From Octopus sinensis (taxonomy: Eukaryota), in the NCBI RefSeq assembly GCF_006345805.1, contig NW_021826788.1, positions 1 through 11,857 of the forward strand: a stretch of 11,857 nt of DNA, written 5' to 3'. Shown piece by piece: positions 7,100 to 11,857 of this stretch. The position numbers were made by a program, and so were the translations under genes. A model generated the notes under the pieces. That model was not told the origin of the DNA, did not search any database, and saw nothing but the letters and a program-made list of their open reading frames with translations. Position 1 is the stretch's first letter, and each line of letters starts with the position of its first letter.

Positions 7100-7348
7100 A
7101 GTGACAATGATGCTGATGATAGCCGTGGTGGTAAAGTTACTGATGGTCTTGATAATGATGGTGATGATGATGATAATCATCATCATCATCATAATAATAA
7201 TAATAATAGTGACAGTGGTGGTGGTTAAAGTGTCTAAGGTGCAGCTGTTCCTGGGGTGATGGTGATGATGATGACGATATTCGTGGTGGTCGGCATAATG
7301 TAGGTGAGGTGGTTGTGATGATGATGATGATGATGATGATGGCGGTGG
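6823..7348. repeat. Mixed (GAT/GGT/AAT/GAC)n trinucleotide array
   Basis: Direct reading; internal higher-order duplications. Confidence 0.95.
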
Positions 7349-7471
7349 ATGTGGTTATAGTTTTATTTTCCGTACCCTAGGAAACTCAAACCAAAATCAA
7401 CATAAAAGATAACATCTTCAACCCACCCAACTTAACTCCCCAACACCCCCTTTTTTTTTACTCTTTCTAGC

Positions 7472-7509
<38 letters not shown>

Positions 7510-7525
7510 TACACGTACACACACG
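7472..7525. repeat. (CA)n microsatellite
   Basis: Direct reading. Confidence 0.95.
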
Positions 7526-7613
7526 GGCACACAAAGACATTCGCCATTCTGCAAGGAAGCAGAATTAAAGATATACGAGTAGAGCAAAGTTGTCAAAATT
7601 CTTGAAAATGTGT

Positions 7614-7778
7614 AAACCACCACCACCACCACCACCATCACCACCGCCATGATCGTCATCATCATTATCATCATCATCATCGCCATCGTTGTCATCATCG
7701 ACATCATTATCATTATCATCATCATCGCCATGATAGCCGTCATAGTCATCATTATCGTTATCATCATCATCAACATCG
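7614..7778. repeat. (CAC)n(CAT)n trinucleotide array, inverted relative to 6823-7348
   Basis: Direct reading. Confidence 0.95.
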
Positions 7779-7837
7779 ACGACCCCCGCCCCTTCCAAAA
7801 ACGGCAATACATCTGGTGCCGTTCAACATTTGTATAC

Positions 7838-8259
7838 TTTATCTTTTATATTTTTCCCTTCAGTCATTAGACCGCGGTCATACTGGAGCATCGCCTTGAA
7901 CAATATTTTAATCGAATGAATCGAACCCAGTACTTAGTTGTTGTTTTTTTTCTTAATCCCGGTACTTATTCTAGCGGTCAGTTTTGGCGAATTGCTAAGT
8001 TACAGGGATATAAACACGCCAACACCGGTTATCAAGCGATGATGGAGGACAAACACAGACGCAAAGATACCCCCACCCCGCACATACACACACACGTGAA
8101 GGGCTTCTTTCAGTTTCTGTCTGCCAAATTCACTCAGAGGGTTTGGTCAGCGCGATGTTCTATGATTGAAGACACTTGCCCAAGGTGCTACGCAATCGGA
8201 CTTGAACCTGGGACCATGTGGTTGGGAAGCAAAAGTTCTTACCATACAGCCATTCCCAC
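7838..8259 (-). mobile_element. Family A SINE, near full length, diverged
   Basis: Reverse complement of both halves (ttcagtcattagaccgcgg...gctaagttacaggg...ggcttctttcagtttc...gaagacacttgcccaaggtg...accatgtggttggg...cttaccatacagcca). Confidence 0.9.
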
Positions 8260-8351
8260 ATATATATAATATATTTTTTAGTTGAGCTCAAGGACTCATA
8301 CGGTCGGCACTCAGTTTCTTTGGTGTATAAATGACGAAGGTGATAAATGAC

Positions 8352-8546
8352 AAGTCAATTACATCGACCCCAGCCCAACCCTCCAGTACTTGACAGCTAC
8401 CCTCGAGCTAATCGACTTTTTCGTTTTCCACATGAAACGGAAAATAAGGCTGGAGAAGAAATGCCTGTCGCAAAGTCTATAGCAAGTATGTTGCGAGTGA
8501 AAGAACCTATTTAATCGAGAATGTAAAAAAGGATAAAGCAAAGTCT
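8352..8546 (-). mobile_element. Degenerate family B SINE 3' part, interrupted by about 116 bp
   Basis: tcaattacatcgaccccag...ccagtactt (8352-8391) and tatttaatcga...aaggataaagcaaagtc (8508-8545). The second piece resembles the body of the 8748-8885 copy. Confidence 0.4.
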
Positions 8547-8747
8547 TCAGTGTGAGTATGTGGTTTGTGGGGTCGACCGCGTCCTCCGCTTCATTTTTTG
8601 TTAATCACTCATCCTCATTTAATTGTATATATTTTAATTGTTTGTTTATTCATACGTTTCGTCTCATTCGATACCCTGACCCCAATGTTTGTTTTGTCTG
8701 TCCTCGTACTGTCCCCTCTTTTTCTCAACCTTATGGTGAATAAAGAA

Positions 8748-8885
8748 ATACTCTATTTTATCGACTCCGAAGAAATGAAAAGCAGAGATGACCTCGGGAG
8801 GATTTGAACTCGAACCTTAAAGAGCCACCGGAAGAAATACTACCACGAAATTAGTCTGTCGCGCTAACAATTCTACTAGCTTGCC
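8748..8885 (-). mobile_element. tRNA-derived SINE (family B)
   Basis: Minus strand ggcaagcTAGTAGAATTGttagcg...GAGTTCAAATCCtcccgaggtcatctctgcttttcatttcttcggagtcgataaaatagagtat gives A and B boxes followed by a central-domain-like body. Confidence 0.8.
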
Positions 8886-8943
8886 GTTTTATACATAAAG
8901 CGTATAGTTCCTGAGCGAGGTATAGACAGTAACTGCACGACAG

Positions 8944-9083
8944 TGTGAAGCATATTTGCCACCTAAATGTGGCTAACCCTTAAGGGTTGATGCTACTGGA
9001 GGAGATGTCTTCCTGGGGCTACAAGCTACAGTAGCATCAACCCTTAAGGGTTAGCCACATTTAGGTGGCAAATATACTTCACA
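8944..9083. repeat. Long inverted repeat: 55-bp arms, 1 mismatch, 30-nt spacer
   Basis: 8944-8998 is the reverse complement of 9029-9083 at 54/55 positions. Each arm contains the perfect palindrome aacccttaagggtt. Confidence 0.97.
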
Positions 9084-9247
9084 AAGCGTGTTGTTAGTTT
9101 GAATCTTGTAAATGCAAATAATACTTATTATACGATTGATATATTTGTTTCAACAGGTATTTTTTTCCTATACGAAAGTGTTCAATAACTTCAAGACATT
9201 TTCAGCATAAAATGAGTAAAAAAAAAAAAAATCAAATAAATAAATTC

Positions 9248-9680
9248 TGGCTATATGATAAGAAGCTTGTTTCCCAACCACATGGTTCCAGGTTCAGTCC
9301 CACTGCGTGACACCTTCGGCAAGTATCTTCTATTATAGCCTCGGACCGACCAAAGCCTTTTGAGATTTGGTAGACGGAAACTGAAAGAAACCTGTCGTGT
9401 CGTGTATATATATATGTATGTATGTATGTATGTATATATTATATATATATGGGGGCGGTCTTTGAGTTTGTGCTTGTTCTTCCTCACCCTATCACCGCTT
9501 GACAACTGGTGTTGATGCGTTTACGTCTCCGTCACTTAGCGGTTCGACAAAAGAGACCAATAGAATAAGTACTAAGCTTACAAAGAATAAGTTCTGGGGG
9601 GCGATTTGTTCGGGCTAAAACCCTATAAGGCAATGCTCCAGCATGGCTGCTGTCAAACGGCTGAAACAAGTAAAAGAATA
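9248..9680 (+). mobile_element. Family A SINE, near full length
   Basis: tggctatatgataagaagcttg...caggttcagtcccactgcg...gaaactgaaagaaacctgtcg, a microsatellite, then the 3' half to ctgaaacaagtaaaagaata. Confidence 0.92.
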
Positions 9681-9689
9681 TCAAAATTG

Positions 9690-9748
<59 letters not shown>

Positions 9749-9778
9749 AGAGAGAGCGTATGTATGTGTGTGTGTGTA
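9690..9778. repeat. (GA)n plus (TG)n microsatellite
   Basis: Direct reading. Confidence 0.95.
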
Positions 9779-10105
9779 TCTGTTCTTGTTGTTGATTGCA
9801 GATTTTACTACTCATCAACACCTGATCAGTTTTTTGTGGCGATGGAGGGTGGCGGTATGCTGCGTGTCCCAAGAAACACTTCTTTATTTCTAAGTTCCAT
9901 CGATCCCATTCTGCTGCAGTTCAGTTCTCAGTTTTTGCTGAACGTCAATAGTTTTATGTATTGGTATTTTAAAATCCTTTACTGTTTAGAACACGATTTT
10001 GTTTTTCGGGTGGTAAGACATACGTCTTTGAAAGCTTTCTCGTCTGAACTCTTTTGACGAATGATATCTCATTTGTACTACGGTGCAAGGTCAGGCCAGA
10101 CAGTC

Positions 10106-10214
10106 CTTCCCTTCCTTCCTTTCTCTTTCTTTCTTCCTTCCTCTCTCTCTTTCTTTCTTTCTTCCTTTCATTCCTCTCTTTCTTTCTTTCTTCCTTCCTT
10201 CCTTCCTTTCTTTT
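10106..10214. repeat. Pyrimidine-rich (CTTT/CCTT)n tract
   Basis: Direct reading. Confidence 0.92.
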
Positions 10215-10279
10215 ACACAACTGAAATATAACTCAAACTGAAGATTCTTTCTAGAGAATTCCTCCTTGCAGCTTAGAAT

Positions 10280-10375
10280 CGATACTTATCACTTGAAAGG
10301 AGATAAAAAGACAAAGCTGAGCTCAGCCGGATTCGAACACAATGTACTAGAGAGACAGCGAGACAAATGCCACTT
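10280..10375 (-). mobile_element. Highly diverged family B SINE remnant
   Basis: gaaaggagataaaaagacaaagctgagctcagccggattcgaacac parallels 8770-8812 and includes a reverse B box (ggattcgaac). Confidence 0.4.
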
Positions 10376-10541
10376 TCTAATAACATGAACAAAAAGCGGT
10401 GGATCTCCGTCGTTCGACGAGGCGGCTTCAAATGTTCACTCAACGAAAATTGCTTTCCTGAATTAACATGTAAGTGGTTGAGCGTTGAAAGAGATATACG
10501 TAAACTTAATGAAACCGTCCGGTAGAATCAGCGTGACACAG

Positions 10542-10569
10542 TGTGTTTGTGTGTGTGTGTGTGTGTGTG
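10542..10569. repeat. (GT)n microsatellite
   Basis: Direct reading. Confidence 0.95.
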
Positions 10570-10732
10570 ACAAAACCGAATCGTTTGAATTATGGATATA
10601 GGATATACTTATGATCAGACTTTTCATTCATGTTTACGGGTTGTGGGATAAGTTTGTTTATGATTTGTTTTAAAATCAAATATTAATATTCATAATTTTC
10701 CCTAAATTATTAGATTCTTCCTTTAATTTTTT

Positions 10733-10885
10733 TAACTTTGCGATTCGGCAAAAGAGACCGATAGAATTTAAGTGCCAGGCTTAAAAAAAAAAGTCCTGGG
10801 GTAGATTTGGGGTTAGACTAAAAACCCTTCAAGGTGGTGCCCCAGCATGGCCGCAGTTTGAAACAAGTAAAAGAAATAGAAGAAA
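10733..10885 (+). mobile_element. Family A SINE 3' fragment
   Basis: gcgattcggcaaaagagaccgatagaat...gtcctggggtagattt...aaggtggtgccccagcatggccgcag...gaaacaagtaaaagaa. Confidence 0.88.
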
Positions 10886-11199
10886 TGTGGTTTGAGTCAA
10901 GATTGAACTCGCAGACCTTTTAATATATTATACAGGCTTTCCAACGAAATTTTATCCGTTTTGGGGCTTAAGCACAAGTAAGGAGGTACTCCTGTATTAG
11001 CAATGGATTAATGGATTTCAAGAGAAAGAGGTGTGTTGAGAGGGAGCGGGTATGGCGGACATGGTGAACTTTTGAAGTCGCCGTGTATGATTATAGCACA
11101 AAGACTTAGAAGAGACGTTTGACCTACGACCTTTTGAAACAGGAAGTGACGTGTTATTGATCTTTGTTGAGGAACATTCAGTGGGAGATATATTAGGAG

Positions 11200-11232
11200 G
11201 GAGGGGGCATGAAAGAAGAGGAAGACAGAGTT

Positions 11233-11282
<50 letters not shown>

Positions 11283-11540
11283 GGAGGAGAGATGAAAGAA
11301 TGAATGAATTAATGAATGAAAGGAAGAAAGATAAAGAAACAGCGACAGAGAGAAAGGGTGGAAAAAATGAACACAAAGAAAGAAAAAAAAAGAGGAAAGA
11401 AATAATTCTAGAAAGAAACAGAAGATAGGGTAGAAGAAAAGGAAAGAAACGAAAGAAAAGAAAGAGAAGCACAGAGAAGAAAGAAAGACTTAAACACAAA
11501 GTAAAGAGAAAAATCAAAGAAAAAAGAAAAAGAATTAAGC
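11200..11540. repeat. Purine-rich (GA)n/(GAAA)n tract
   Basis: Direct reading. Confidence 0.92.
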
Positions 11541-11639
11541 AAGGATCGTTAAGTATATAAATATATACGTCTATCCTTCCATCTACCCCTTTCTTTCTCT
11601 CCATACACCCCAATATATTTGGCACTGAATTTGATGCGA

Positions 11640-11857
11640 AGTGTTTAGCAGGGAGTAAAGGGTGCGTAAGTGAGGGGTAGAGGGAATTAGTGAATGTAGG
11701 AAGCAGGGTGGGCAAGTATGTCGGGTGAAGAATTAGGGTTAGAGAGAGGCAGAGGGTAGGGAATAAGGGCTTTGGTGAGGTTAAGTAAATATGGCTTTTA
11801 AAATTTTTGCAAGACGTGGCGATTGAGGTGAGTGAGTGAGTGAGTGGAATGGAGTAA
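11640..11857. repeat. G-rich low-complexity region
   Basis: Eleven runs of GGG or longer in 11651-11769; (GAGT)n near the window end. Confidence 0.7.

Noticed and set aside
6806-7228. Asp-rich acidic or biomineralisation protein
   Set aside because: No signal peptide or unique domain, and overlapping frames are equally open, as expected for a triplet array.
7500-7575. Minus-strand acceptor (cttccttgCAG| at 7549) followed by NGECLCVP, EGF-like
   Set aside because: Runs into a (GT)n repeat within about 25 nt with no convincing donor.
7799-7824. aacggca/tgccgtt hairpin as a Helitron 3' end or terminator
   Set aside because: No CTRR end at the right distance; a 7-bp stem is expected by chance; the context is eukaryotic.
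11008-11715. 235-aa minus-strand ORF
   Set aside because: Mostly the translation of (CT)n/(CTTT)n; no recognisable domain.
11733-11742. Interstitial telomeric repeat TTAGGGTTAG
   Set aside because: Fewer than two units.
1-11857. CRISPR array or prokaryotic operon
   Set aside because: No regularly spaced repeats with unique spacers and no prokaryote-like gene density.

Overview
AT-rich, repeat-dense eukaryotic genomic DNA, most likely intronic or intergenic sequence from an octopus. The taxon is inferred from the tRNA-derived SINE families and the microsatellite load, not from a database search. No complete protein-coding gene is supportable, and nearly all ORFs in the supplied track are translations of simple repeats or SINEs. 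The window holds seven copies or fragments of a bipartite tRNA-headed SINE with an internal microsatellite, several other SINE or LINE-tail copies, and a decayed RT fragment (YADD). Several short elements abut (TA)n tracts and carry minimal hammerhead-ribozyme-like motifs. The best is at 3302-3350 (-) and another is at 5428-5461 (+). Their layout resembles the pseudo-LTRs of Penelope-like elements or non-autonomous retrozymes. There are two fold-back inverted repeats (55-bp arms at 8944-9083; 32-bp arms at 3442-3519). A candidate 3'-terminal coding exon with a poly(A) signal lies on the minus strand at 1080-1328.
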